Of a stretch of DNA of 64,000 nucleotides, positions 56,401 through 61,202 are shown in pieces (position 1 is the stretch's first letter; each line of letters opens with the position of its first letter). Below the pieces are notes generated by a model. It was not told the origin of the DNA and searched no databases. It saw only the letters and a list, made by a program, of their open reading frames with translations. Position numbers and translations under genes: made by a program. Source of the stretch: Candidatus Brocadiia bacterium (GTDB lineage: Bacteria > Planctomycetota > MHYJ01 > JACQXL01 > JACQZI01); the NCBI GenBank assembly GCA_020051675.1, contig JAGVQN010000085.1, positions 8,170-72,169 of the forward strand, given 5' to 3'.

Positions 56401-58286
56401 TAACCCAGCCGGTCGGGAAGAGTATCGATTTAGGCCTGACTTATGTTACCGAAGAAAAACCATTATCGGATTACAGCCTGATGGGAACGGATTTCAAAGT
56501 CAGATTGCCCCGAAGCCTCGGGAATATCGGCTTTGAATATGCCTCAAGCGAATCGGAAAGCATCCCGGGGTTTATTTCCTACGACGGCGGTTTTGATTTC
56601 GCGACGCTGCCCACCTCCCAGAGCGCAGACGGGGCGGCTTATAAGCTGAACCTCAACTTTGACCTGGGGCTGGCGTTTACCAAAGTGGCTAACGAAGTCA
56701 TGTTTGCCGGATATTTCCAGAATATAGAAAAAGGATTTTCTTCGGGACAGAGCATATTCCAGCAGGGGACGACCAAATTCGGGTTTACGACCACGGCGAA
56801 GCTAACCCAGCGTGATAATTTACTGATCAGGTTTGACGGGCAGCAGCTGGATGCCTCCGGCGGCAACACCGCTTCGGCAACCCAAGTCGGGGCGGACTCC
56901 AGCCAGTCCTTGAATATTCAGGTAACGCATGACCAGGCGCCGTTAAGGCTGACCGGGTCGTATCAGTACCAGGCGACCGGCAAGCCGATATACAACTCGC
57001 TTATGCGCGATGAAGGCTCGCAGATATTGGCGGTGAGGGCGGATTATCAGGTCAACAAAGAATGGACGCTCTCTGTAGAACAGCAGGGGGTCCTGGCCGG
57101 GAAACCCAATAACCAGACGACCCTGGGCGGCGCTTTAAAGCTGACCGAAAAAGAGCGGCTTGACCTGTCGACCACCATGGGCACGCTCGGTAATGCGGTC
57201 CAGGCGGGGATAACCAGCCAGGTAAGCGATAAGCACGCGCTCTATACCAAGTATCAGGTGAGCGAAGACAAAGCCGGCAATAAAGCCTACTCGACGATAT
57301 TCGGGGAAAGGAAACAGGTTTCCAAAGATGTCGGCATATACCGTGAAGAAAGATTCAGCGGCAGAAATACTGCCGAGGATACCCAGTACAGCGGCTTAAT
57401 GGGATTGGATTATATCCTGAACCAGTATTGGTCGATGGGCGCTAATTACGAAAGAAGCCAGGTTGATAATATCCACGGCACGCTGACTTCAAGGGATGTC
57501 GCGTCGATCGGTCTTTCCTATAACTCGCATCCGAGGGAGAAAGACCCGAGCCAGGTAAAAGGATATATGCGGTTTAATACCCGTCTGGAGTATAGGCTAG
57601 ACAAAGGCGCGCCGGACAGGAATTCAATCCTGACCGCCAACAAGCTCTATTACCAGTTTAACGGAGACGCATCCAGTATCGTCAAGATGAATTACAGCAA
57701 GACAAATAACGATACCACCGGAGAGGTGGAAGCCGAATTTACGGAAGTGAGCGTTGGCATGGCGTATCGCCCGATAAACAACGACAAATACAACCTGTTA
57801 ACCAAGATTACTTACCAGACAGACCGCACTCCGCGGAATCTGGAGCCGATGGTCTCCAACCTGGAAAGCGCGATGATACTCTCCCTGGAAGGCGCGGTGG
57901 ATTTGAATCCAAAGATGCAGGCCCTGGGCAAGCTCGCGTATAAACAGGCGACCGAAGAGACCGGCAACCACGGCTCGCTGACCAGCAGCACTTACTTGAT
58001 TGCGCCGCGGTTTAACTATAAGATAGAATCCGCCAGCAAGATAATCAATAACTGGATAGTCGGCGTGGAATACCGGATGCTCGTGGCACAGCTCGCGGAA
58101 GACCAGAAGTCCGGATTTGTCCTGGAGTTTGAAAAAGAACTGACCAGGTACAATAGCCCGGTCGGCCCGATGGGCGTCAACCTGGGATTCGGCTATAACT
58201 TCACCGATTTCACGGATGACCTATCCGTCTATGACGATGATTACAGCGTAAAAGGATTCTTTATCCGCTTAAGCACGAAGTTCTAA
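35448..58286 (+). CDS. Giant (7,612-aa) cell-surface protein. It has a signal peptide, three paralogous right-handed beta-helix modules, about 23 tandem CARDB/DUF11-like Ig-fold repeats, a classical DUF11 conserved-repeat domain, SdrD-B/Cna-B-like domains, and a C-terminal outer-membrane beta-barrel (autotransporter-like).
   Basis: A single stop-free 22.8-kb ORF. The signal peptide is MKNSALLLAFLAVIILIPSTVFA. PbH1-type beta-helix repeats are present (NCTIRDGNYGGIWL...IYNCPEWGIKV). The recurring repeat motif is TYYxxIQNDGN...GWWxTYY. An SdrD-B-like segment reads GKVFNDYDGNGVQGENEPG. The last ~890 aa show amphipathic beta-strand periodicity and end in ...FFIRLSTKF. Confidence 0.9.
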   Translation: MKNSALLLAFLAVIILIPSTVFAFESEPPPIVKKAQFESVKDGVWSDQNTWDPIGVPDTGDTATVKHTVTINGNVKCGNVTVNATKTLTIMGPASLTIDSGSQIVNNGTFVVNGAGGLAELTSNGLASFTIAGASWNGTCGFTNFSYPFTLNTTPATFQVGKFGNLTIGAFTVGSNVNLSGYLISTGQINVISTLNMGGNSLTAGAGISTSSGSWITGGGTINCNGGMFNISGRVDLSPGSILNMPGGASANGQYGISVYGTGCVSATGSAGNFVYINKSGTYYPYIYLQDASNCLFDYCSITGFGSSSATTTSGIYAASVDGNASLSMGAGNEGLTIKNCTIRDGNYGGIWLATCTGNIISANTIYNCPEWGIKVGNSQAGSNNHQIGNNTIYNSTSGTNGYGIGLYTTAADNCFSSFPISNTTIYNCRYGITATGVSGTGANTVEQIFRDCSLGTLGQNSVADVGFGVSVTNCGLRLENCVLASPTEVEATNIDSNDDRIVSYRHDNVPGLVRVWGDWRPTDAGQLILIRYDTALVAGVTNDANIQKIVEFGPCAAAMAPVGGTTYGTRGVSRFRTGTLQNGAGIEFVGITTPNWAPVLVRSVGDNTYSILIEGSGLKACKFSAYAAEFQNISGTLISSTGYLAPTSVGGYLSLDYCTFKNTFAGATRHIALQEGGNVITRSYTTFDTSATYDVRVDNNTNITFTNFINSRANTADENEPTGGTVAWSNPGKTYYAVATFTWDNPLTWSLSPGGPSNVGPPTINDNVVITAYTVTISTAPGTVSCTNLTVSDAGVLRFNPTVAARSLIIKNGGIISNTGTINFQSNVNPVTITAQTLTNPSMVIYKGNDLTWLAGLNLVLAGIDYQRAMNPSAAVGITFSGNMQTQTVTVTNDSNLTLDGGGTSISWTALGDIYVGTAATAGTLQLKPETGLKILCGSNGQYGLIVDSLGTLTATGTAAGDRDCRITSASSFRSYIYCMAGSLSKFQNCEIYELGYNQGSPYTKDGLFVENVNNAVAGQGLTIDSCNLHHSYAGFMSNAITNASITNCNVYNNSWVGVYLWASSFAGNTFNTVTNSEFYNNGWGLLVGYSNKNTFTNNTVHNNYSGGLYENCCGDNTWTGGSSYGNTMYGVTIINTQYNGVYTPSTFTNIQFGNPTANSIGDVRLSTTASDITYAVFQNCLFNSTNEVVWLNPTAVKAGSYLISYRHDQVAGAIRIFGDYVRSAGTEDWNFTDPYTGTALDANTAKTITFMAGPSGLNGGTSRFRLETGATLDMASGNTTPVNITSVKASAGLYYNMILTGTVNANCYKFENVGYDAANSNYGLEIRSPAANITLTNGTYANYKSDSQFLYFNNTATFGDNLTISGCSFDNSAWYDVWTNIGAAQYITFTNYSNDYPNTKDYEQQGYADWLVTGAWTTAKDGNWWEPQTWNNASVPPDWTDVTINHAVNVTGTVKTGNITINSGGLGLNGAAQNTTLQVLAGMTITNNASISVTNDTNTVKLTSSGVGFPDYFIFTGNPINLNSKSMTIGLCQSQSVITVPNLSVLTIDNDLRTITTTIQAGGELKHQTSGKEWSASGNISVSGILRLGNNTLTRINCLSVDGQYGIEVNAGGYFEALGTSADARDCQISNGGPSTYKPYIYLKDLSGTLLRYVTVSYVGTSTATSKFGIYAQAVDGQNPAQGVEGLLIEACNIYNCYTGIVLDGCSGNRIARDGAGNASWVHDNYDGIRIMGGTNLTTIEKTYVYSQTNIALILDGGTITQTLSDMWISKNKYGLGLYQSGTDVPRDMVINSVITSSTTADIYCQPGTAHELILRNTALSSTNEIDPAALPSVVGAWIISQMHDQIPGRTVIWGDFSSSALGNPLKFNYADASYPGAGDANTRKSLLFGPCSIVARDNESLINIDSNSVLQLKGGMGLAQATQVTTYTGATRFRSIEVYGTIDANNVIISGHDSAGVRVNASGTIADFANITFTNSGTGGARHLHIVNGQSKTIDGCSFDDSNTVGKDIDVSDNGVNPTIITFTNYTNTAPGSKDAESGSSRAIWKSTIALFNPETIMPGTIYQGDANVGMLKFNVAPSLPAGAVCSETLLTYVAVTLTGGGAFSDSDISAVKIYRDTDASNSFDPTKDTLISTPVSFTGWYVNIPLVPAQDVLTGTNMFFVAYDISRTAGPVTIGARLVDNNYFTVSAPHDKAVLSQFTAGPVGITPVDWKSDLQLRKDPADGWTGNDIYTLDGQNENIISNTVNTLVASYYIRIENDGGLLGNFSVTGDAGSAGWFVTYYSAISGDITSGITGPGILLNLANAATWDFTVGLEPQGQVTGASKALKIWSRPKDEAATTLQDLVKCTTYIYSNRSDLAVKAQGGSYSTDDTFDPPTEQKLSATINKNTMVTYYVRIQNDGTANDQITVTGTSAASLGTGWTVRYYDSGNTDITTNMTNGLGWLSPVLTSTGTTEIRVEATATDTAVAGTYTIIVYGQCNGAPSRQDQVKIALTVNSVYKADAMVKKGTEDDSQYLTDNIDETIPAAQVKNTSISVGGIASYYIKLQNDGNVTDNFTITGTNASQGVTGGTWWVTYYYGTVDITSDVIANKWLSPPVAVGSNIVLTAYIYNQIGATGNVKDDYLTVISYNNSAQKDAVKMITSCGQLQQPDAMVSNNAGQDGNTNETYDTTLTPTATSQVITQTVPSYVVVPGSEVTYYITLQNDAINNDTFSITAASPTGAGTGSGWLITYYTYSTMTDITANVLNYAGGGYGTPSIIANGGAITITAVVSYNSALVGTNVTKEIYIYVNSGANASKRDVVKCVAKTANYQPDLYSSASTGGTWVTDNTYSATPETQMQTKVFDNGQTVTYYYRIQNDGTYATGGASYSITGTDGDVGSWTITYYYDGAVVANDMPDPWEEIDITNGWLPGNFNVGETKQLIVLITAKSAARGATANFDIYATRIETGETDTARIRAQAPSPDLWINKDNGAVWTGKDSYAPTAQITSTLTAGSTVVTYYFTLENETSLADTFSMTASGTSGAGWFITYYDQSAAPGNDITAQITTPNTGWLAGNVNAASTKGIRAEVEYNAYVASVNQTKSITIYAFSTCLPAGTPGFYDAVAGQVTSASYKPDMLAKKASDAYSFDNIWNSDSTVQNLSATVSNNQTVTYYYKLENEGTYTATSYSITGHSGNIGNWWITYYTDPDGDGGQIDENPISITMPGYATVSLTPTGVAYLRVNIYVTALEAPGQSRVFKIYATKTDTNEADSAQITAQVPGTDALITFNYDPDVTSSTWKTNNVYETAIPNSTQIVSRTTEANTAVSYYIMIQNDGGALDTISITGISSAQLGAGWWITYYDSFDSVNDITGQVIGGGYPIINLGATLTATMRCEVCYDNAAYIGQTKDVYIVVNSTTIAGSSDVINAQIVTANYKPDLLSKPAGGGYTGSDGYSSDSANLNQATNINNYQLLTYYYQIQNDGNYNSPGYTITGGGNAAKWWITYYDDGALLENISDDTPVTGTNGAGLVTGAGYYTGAITQGQSKYLRVNVYVENDSAAASQTFRIWATKTDTGETDAGQIVATVTNSYTVDAMYQKATGGSYANTDNVYETPAPTGDATQNQIVTRAYPSAGNPVTYFVRLENEGNTDTTYTVTGAVTTYSLTGSWTISCYNSTTVFNGSTDITTDIAGAGWVSPAIDRSPTYGGVTNYKDITVVFIPSIDLTGAFSCTTVARARSNLGTAPADSVIVTTLMSTEYKPDAEINNGGGYTGNNVWNTDGSGANNQTKTTDRNVAATYKVQLGNDGNINETFTMTGTSSAQLGTGWTVSYYSDAGYLTEVTNDVVITGYATVAVGLGATSEVLWIKVTPDNTVAGNSTVTATVTAISSNDNSKKDAVSMATTVNNAYQVDAQINQSGWTGDNQYYPPTDQIASAGFNNKQTLTYYIKIQNEGNTNETIKLTGEGTPAGDKWIVSYYDNSGAGRTDISQNVITTLNYTVALTRYNQAGYQTTDTQIWAEITALTYTAGAETFDTSVWAIVQGGTGNEKSDKVIARATVNNIYQADSMVKLGTEDDGSYYYDGDYAWDLTGSPYYETMPPTNQAKSANTDNVTPASYYIKIQNDGNTTENITVTGTGTWTAGTYGALGGWGTVTYYDDTPAVPSLAGGGADVTNSVLNGTYTKSLLRFAGESTPDYRLIRVLVHPYNTAASDSTYDVYAIANSTAGGATKLDAIKTLSQVKSNYRPDLIVKRGGYGDPDYLRDGPLYYPDAVGDQVKSQTLTNRPSAATVTYYVKVQQDGILNDDTISIVGNASAGGWWVSYYEIANEAEIPGSAITNEVTVDGKAYALTSGTSQLVRIIVTADINVAGGNVFTATLTATSNKQPAKQDRILAVTTNNTYYMTDAWISATDSSSYTGDGVNDYTPPPALAAHKKALSVFDFAPTTYYIKVENDGNVADTITVQGNTGNADWVVSYYEDTNGIYNAADPDITALVIGTGWAQSITAKNTKQVRMWITPQPTALSGTIYTSVVSLASTGNPAAGAKDHVQGTTTVYVTSYRSDIMVKQADTSYASTSAYETTPSSQVRSQFVGRGQYITYYLKIQNDGNAGDTLSLTGTGADGQGWFISYYEDNGVLETYENGVDIDISSSVSGSGYSWALANAETKNIIIRMLPLWGVASSTSKTVYVGVTSWANAGQDICQITSTAQAGYQPDNSIRTSAEVSFTGDGQYAVPYYGVGNSGWFGIEQLKSQTITETGRTVTYYVTVQNDSNTNDSLTVTGTAGDGTDWFVTYYNETGGANITANVINGTWTAGPLAQNEADSRIIRVEMTARTGLAGTSSKTLDIKTYSVQDGTKYDTVRAQATVQSFSKPNTLVKEDADGAYLGSGDYNATAINQTRGPISVANSAVVTYYTQIANDGNIVEGYSVTAVKTAGWFVTFYQAPDGDDNDSSDDTIINYASSTFTWSTGNLAIGGVKYLRINAEPSNQYGSVPQYLYITASSTSSAKDVVMCSSVVSHSNKPDALLTKEGYGDTSVKGTYQYNDAYYPPTGQITSTAIANNQALTYYIWIENDGNTNETYLITGSSPSSGWWVTYYEDASGVTDISANVKAGTYQAVTTGVIMEPYSITGLKRVIRMVVTADNTLNGTNAATFVVKATDSSLATDTVGVTFTVNTTYQVNASIGSVTGGPYTGESVYTPSTALDPNQAVSRTANTNKIVTYYVKVVNEANVTDTITLAVAGSGAGWWITYYDPASANITANMISSGWATSFTRNQSKEIRIEITPDGSVIGTAMLPVTVTATASGGVVDSVLAKTTAQRPDVLIKGNGYGDASVKGTYTYNDIYSPTSQITSTVITNNQVLTYYIWIENDGNANETAYAVTGTSSYGGWIVSYYDGASGEDDSITATVGLGTYNPGNAGTMEPYSVTGWKRVIRMRVTATNNLAGSAAGSFIARVSDASGNTDTVGVNTTVVTDYKVNTSVKTESGSYTGDVKYTPPDALDPDQTVTNTVASGSVLTYYAKVVNEGNVTDTLSVTGTGSSAGWWVSYYTVPGGADITANITNPAVGWSTSFIRNEIKEVKILVQADTNGPDGGNSKAISITAWSTLSTTKYDSGLIKTTVVTTRKPDLLISLDNVVFSGDGDYEDEIAPISANQTKTGSGENNEVITYYVKLQNEGNLGETYTVSMTLPGSGWVITFYDNTDTIRSLPWVSGTITKTDSITVKILVMPVGKNNGDSGDLIIYAKSTDDITKVDAVDAKTTVSAANILYPQDYKQVGTTPVFMGQAAPGVTVELWDITGGLPGTQVVTSTADVNGYWRMKVTGALSVGGHTFKTIAGGVEGQPRPITVEAVAPATVPVINSPGENDYIKDTNKPLITGNAGVANAGQVITATVNINTTATELYDMNIGTATVLGDGSYTINLTRPLPRGTRQIALICNGVLSDLRTVILVDPIGVLYDDVTNQPIDGMEVSLWRSTTDGAFTWTLCPVGGLAGEIGGPVGVTNPQTSGWTGVAGQYQFLLGQPAVGTAYNYKIVVTNSSGYSFPSSVASYQAITSTIIGSAGTASIPAFIDLFPGDPVTRTIYVDDTTYLGVAPSVARNLSIGGYFEMDNSELDLIYADIPLSPAATLLRITKASNKPEVSIGDILTYEIKIINSNASPVKNVYIRDIMPAGFKYIDGSTMIDNTTKLADPTGGRTRIFNVGTVAAQSTKIIRYQLVVGTAVTFGEYKNTAQAEYAGGVVISNKSQVKVRVIPDPVFDYATIIGKVFNDYDGNGVQGENEPGIDRVKIITEDGIMVETDQYGKYHIAGLKPKTKLLKVVESSLPIGAEFTTPNPVMVRFTLGGHLEKVNFGLKLAQSADSMERRIVKVNIKVVTTPEGNPQVSVAGAPVRMMFPPKREGATEKRVRVQIGYSMLALDENGNYNGEYVLLPGETTLKIWAENRWGYEKEERHAVSLPSLEVKIYREDDRPALTPELGLVVAPEILNIKAGRLAEAARFKIITNYGQFINKWKLVIYEPVRGGAWLPQEKPDGLMASAESTERTDALIAEEFAEAEGKAPAGYQVFYERTGTGKDIDKDIIWEGRSTDRGKMVDMDKAYKYKLFVEGRDGNVDMTREGQLIVVSFWAEKLRKVFGIDVPLVGGAKLTPAIGPIQTASGTNINTSGKVYSISGKTDPKNKIVISTPGSKVAGVEVEPFEDGSFETEVYVSATEGRMLIEAITPDKQRRVQRSENIKAPEKREEGYLVLNGLIDTQFGSNNASGALDATRNDKTMRDGSYGTGRAALFLKARLGEYQLTSSFDSQREDKELFKFIDPDKFYPLYGDSSVRTDVADNTQGMFYVKVEREQSSAMWGNYSTGFSGTELAQYNRGFYGAKIQLAKPFFSTTNATLFVAEAKQLASHNEIRATGGSLYYLKDRYLMEGSEKIAIEVRDKVNGMTISSSVMSAGADYEIDYKNGRIIFYQPIASVASSNTIISTELLDGNHVYIVVDYEYDASRHSTKNASGLRITQPVGKSIDLGLTYVTEEKPLSDYSLMGTDFKVRLPRSLGNIGFEYASSESESIPGFISYDGGFDFATLPTSQSADGAAYKLNLNFDLGLAFTKVANEVMFAGYFQNIEKGFSSGQSIFQQGTTKFGFTTTAKLTQRDNLLIRFDGQQLDASGGNTASATQVGADSSQSLNIQVTHDQAPLRLTGSYQYQATGKPIYNSLMRDEGSQILAVRADYQVNKEWTLSVEQQGVLAGKPNNQTTLGGALKLTEKERLDLSTTMGTLGNAVQAGITSQVSDKHALYTKYQVSEDKAGNKAYSTIFGERKQVSKDVGIYREERFSGRNTAEDTQYSGLMGLDYILNQYWSMGANYERSQVDNIHGTLTSRDVASIGLSYNSHPREKDPSQVKGYMRFNTRLEYRLDKGAPDRNSILTANKLYYQFNGDASSIVKMNYSKTNNDTTGEVEAEFTEVSVGMAYRPINNDKYNLLTKITYQTDRTPRNLEPMVSNLESAMILSLEGAVDLNPKMQALGKLAYKQATEETGNHGSLTSSTYLIAPRFNYKIESASKIINNWIVGVEYRMLVAQLAEDQKSGFVLEFEKELTRYNSPVGPMGVNLGFGYNFTDFTDDLSVYDDDYSVKGFFIRLSTKF
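50448..52260 (+). repeat. Recent in-frame tandem duplication (~894-906 nt, 2 copies) inside the giant gene. Each copy encodes a pair of DUF11-like repeats.
   Basis: The copy starting KPDALLTKEGYGDTSVKGTYQYND...YYIWIENDGNTNE matches the copy starting RPDVLIKGNGYGDASVKGTYTYND...YYIWIENDGNANE with high identity. Confidence 0.75.
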
Positions 58287-58624
58287 AATTAAAAAGAGGG
58301 GTCCTCCGACGCAAAGTTGGGGGGCAACCTTTCCGAATTTAGTGCGTAAGCTTTCCCGTTAGGACTACAAGTAAAAGACTGCACTCACGAAAAATACTAG
58401 TACGCATTAAACTAACCGTACTAATCTAGTTTGGGTGGGGAGACTAGAGATTCTTTCCCCCCGCAGAAAACTGAAAATATCACCTTCTTCCTACCTGCCC
58501 TTTCCTCTCCTCTCAGCACCCAATCCGGTGTCCCAAATTAATTTAAAGAGGGTGTTTCCGACGGAAAGTCAAAGTGAGAATAAGGATGAAACGAAAGCTT
58601 TAGAGCAGCTAAAATATGTGGTTA

Positions 58625-59881
58625 TCAAGCCCGGTAGATAATCCTGCCGTTGACCATGGTCAGGATAGCTTTTGGGGCGGTTTCTATCAGGTTTTGCCTG
58701 ACCCTTTCCGGAGGGGTGATATTGCGCCTTAAGGGGAAAACCGTCAGGTCGGCCAAAAAGCCCGGCTTTAATTCGCCCAGCTTTTTATCCGCCCCCAGGG
58801 TCTTTAGGCCGTTGGTTATCCCCATCCGGAACAACTGAGAAGTGTTCATGCCGGAGTAATTATCCTGGATGTATTTCATCTCGCTCAAGATACTCAAATC
58901 CGCGTTGCTCCCCAGCCCGTCCGTGCCGAGCGCGATGGTCACTTTCTTTTTGAGGAGCTTCCTGAACGGGTGGTTCCGGTGCCCGAAATAATTATGGCTG
59001 TTCGGGCAGAAAACGACATTTACTCCGGCTTTGGCAATCAGGTTGATATCCCGGTTGGAAAGATAATTGCAATGGACAAAAAACGCCGGCGCTTTTAAAA
59101 CACCCAGCTTCGCCATATACTGGACGGAGGTCGTGCCGGGGTGTCGCCAGTAATGGTTATCCCGGCCTATTTTTTTAAGGTATGCCCTGATTTTTCCGGT
59201 GCCCTTGGTCATGAGCTCGTTTTCGTCCTTAAGCTCGCTTAAATGGGTGGAAAAGGGCATCTTCTTTTTCTGCGCTAAATTGAAGAGCGATTTATACAGT
59301 TCCGCCGATACGGAATACGGCGCGTGAGGCGCCACTCCGATCCGGACTAAATCATTGTCGGTAATTTTTTTTATGCGTTTGGCTAATCCGGTAAAGCTCT
59401 GCGCTGCGGTCAGCGGATTAAGGTCGACGATTTCTTCAAAGACAACCCGCCTGATTTTCGCCGTTTTATGGGTGCTCCAGGTATGCGCCATGTGGGTATG
59501 GTCGCCGGCCATGGTTACCCCGTTTTGCGTCAGGATATCGTATCCGTTTAAAGTGGATTTTTTGTAATCTTCGGAATTCATGCGCAGGCGCATGCTGATG
59601 ACCTTTTCCGCCCAGTCGGTGAATGATTGGGGCGGCAGCAGGTGTTTTTCTCCGGAAGGCGGGGTTCCGCCGTAGGTCGCCGGTCCCTCTAGGTGGGTAT
59701 GGGGGTTTACCAGTCCCGGTATAATCATGGCGTCGCCCAGGTTGAGAATACCGTTGCTGGAAGGTTTGCTCGTAAGAGGGAACTTGCCGCTCTGGGTGAT
59801 TTTGTTCCCTTCCACCCTGACCGCGCCGTTTTCGATAAGCGTTTCCGGGTCTACCATTAAAAACTTTGCCCGCAGTATCAT
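58625..59881 (-). CDS. Amidohydrolase-family protein (MtaD/SsnA/chlorohydrolase-like deaminase).
   Basis: It has the N-terminal metal-binding HxH (GLVNPHTHLEG) and a size typical of the family. Confidence 0.75.
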   Translation of the reverse strand: MILRAKFLMVDPETLIENGAVRVEGNKITQSGKFPLTSKPSSNGILNLGDAMIIPGLVNPHTHLEGPATYGGTPPSGEKHLLPPQSFTDWAEKVISMRLRMNSEDYKKSTLNGYDILTQNGVTMAGDHTHMAHTWSTHKTAKIRRVVFEEIVDLNPLTAAQSFTGLAKRIKKITDNDLVRIGVAPHAPYSVSAELYKSLFNLAQKKKMPFSTHLSELKDENELMTKGTGKIRAYLKKIGRDNHYWRHPGTTSVQYMAKLGVLKAPAFFVHCNYLSNRDINLIAKAGVNVVFCPNSHNYFGHRNHPFRKLLKKKVTIALGTDGLGSNADLSILSEMKYIQDNYSGMNTSQLFRMGITNGLKTLGADKKLGELKPGFLADLTVFPLRRNITPPERVRQNLIETAPKAILTMVNGRIIYRA

Positions 59882-59899
59882 TTTTGTTTTAGCGCCCGA

Positions 59900-60652
59900 T
59901 TATAAGATATTTTTCAACTCGCCGATATTATTAAGCGTCATATCGGCTTCAAGTTTTTTATCCAGCCGGACGGATTTAAACTCGCCCTGTAAGACCCGGA
60001 TGGTAAATATCCCGGTTTCCCTGGCGCCGGCAAAATCATCATAAGGATTATCGCCGACGTAAACGGTTTCCCCGGGTTTCAAGCCCAGCTTTTCCACGGC
60101 CAGTTGGTAAACAAACGGGTTGGGTTTTAAGTATGGCTTTTCGTAATCCGCCGTATAGACGATTGCGTCGAACGGCTTACCCGCCTTCTCCCACCCCAGT
60201 GTTTTCAGCTTCAAGCGTTGCATCTGCGGATGGCCATCGGTTAACAGCCCTATTTTATAATATTTCTTCAAATATGCAAGAAGTAACGGCACATTTTTAT
60301 AGGGCTTAATCCTGGCGGTGCCGGAGTGGTAAATCCTTAAAACGTCATCCAATAGTTTTGCCCCGCCGGCGGCCTGGCTCGCGGAAGGCGGCGAATAAAC
60401 CCCGATAATTTCCAGGAAATCCTTGAACAGGAATTCATAGTGGCTGGTTTTGATTTTCCAGATGCGGTAAAGAAGCTCCAATGTCAGCTTTTTATCCAGG
60501 TATCTTTTTTTGTGGAGATAGTTCGCGACGTTTTTAAAGGAGGCATCCAGGTATTGCATCTTATCGTAAAGCGTATTGCCCAGGTCAAAGAGGACGCCCT
60601 TGGCCTCCGGGAGCGCCCTGCCTTTCATCCTGAGCTGGTTTGTTTTATTCAT
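59900..60652 (-). CDS. HAD-superfamily hydrolase.
   Basis: It has HAD motif I (VLFDLGNTLYD) and motif IV (VGDNPYDDFAGA). Confidence 0.7.
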   Translation of the reverse strand: MNKTNQLRMKGRALPEAKGVLFDLGNTLYDKMQYLDASFKNVANYLHKKRYLDKKLTLELLYRIWKIKTSHYEFLFKDFLEIIGVYSPPSASQAAGGAKLLDDVLRIYHSGTARIKPYKNVPLLLAYLKKYYKIGLLTDGHPQMQRLKLKTLGWEKAGKPFDAIVYTADYEKPYLKPNPFVYQLAVEKLGLKPGETVYVGDNPYDDFAGARETGIFTIRVLQGEFKSVRLDKKLEADMTLNNIGELKNIL

Positions 60653-60655
60653 TCG

Positions 60656-61201
60656 TTATAATCCTAATTCCGCGTTTATGGATTTCATCGCCTCCAGCGA
60701 GATATTGATGAATTTATCCAGGTCAAATGAAAGTTCGGAAGAAGCCAGGATGGCGTTGCGGTTGGCGCCGGCGGCGAAGCGCTTTTCCTTCATCCGGCTT
60801 TTGGCAAACTCCGCGGTTACCGCGGAAAGCTTTTTTTCCGGGCGGATTAAAGCGCAGGCGACCAGGAACCCGGTTATCGGGTCGGCGCAGTAGATGGCTT
60901 TTTCCATGGGCGTCTCGCGCGGCTTTTTATCCGCGTGCGCCTTGATGGTGTTGATTATCGCCTCGCTGATGCCTTTGCCGGCAAGCCATTCGGCGGTGAC
61001 CAGTCCGTGCCGCTCCGGAGAGTTTTTGGTTTCCTCGTAATCCAGGTCGTGTAGCAGGCCCGCCATGCCCCATTCTTCCTCATCGGCTTTTAATTCTCTG
61101 GCCAGGAATTTCATGACAGCTTCAACCGACAGGATATGCTTACGGAGGTTGATATTGGCAATGTGCGATTCCATTAATTTAAGCGCTTCATCTCGTGTCA
61201 T
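60656..61201 (-). CDS. HD-domain phosphohydrolase.
   Basis: The H...HD motif (LLHDLDY) lies within an HD-domain-sized protein. Confidence 0.75.
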   Translation of the reverse strand: MTRDEALKLMESHIANINLRKHILSVEAVMKFLARELKADEEEWGMAGLLHDLDYEETKNSPERHGLVTAEWLAGKGISEAIINTIKAHADKKPRETPMEKAIYCADPITGFLVACALIRPEKKLSAVTAEFAKSRMKEKRFAAGANRNAILASSELSFDLDKFINISLEAMKSINAELGL

Positions 61202-61202
61202 A

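Noticed and set aside
36639-57000. Dozens of 60-180-aa ORFs in the minus and alternate frames overlapping the giant gene (for example 36639-37193, 40404-40793, 54191-54646).
   Set aside because: They lie entirely within the long uninterrupted plus-strand frame, have no motifs, and arise from repeat and GC structure. They are spurious.
58435-58838. Small ORFs of 68 and 62 aa in and near the convergent intergenic region.
   Set aside because: They are low-complexity with no start context. The 62-aa ORF is antisense to the amidohydrolase gene.
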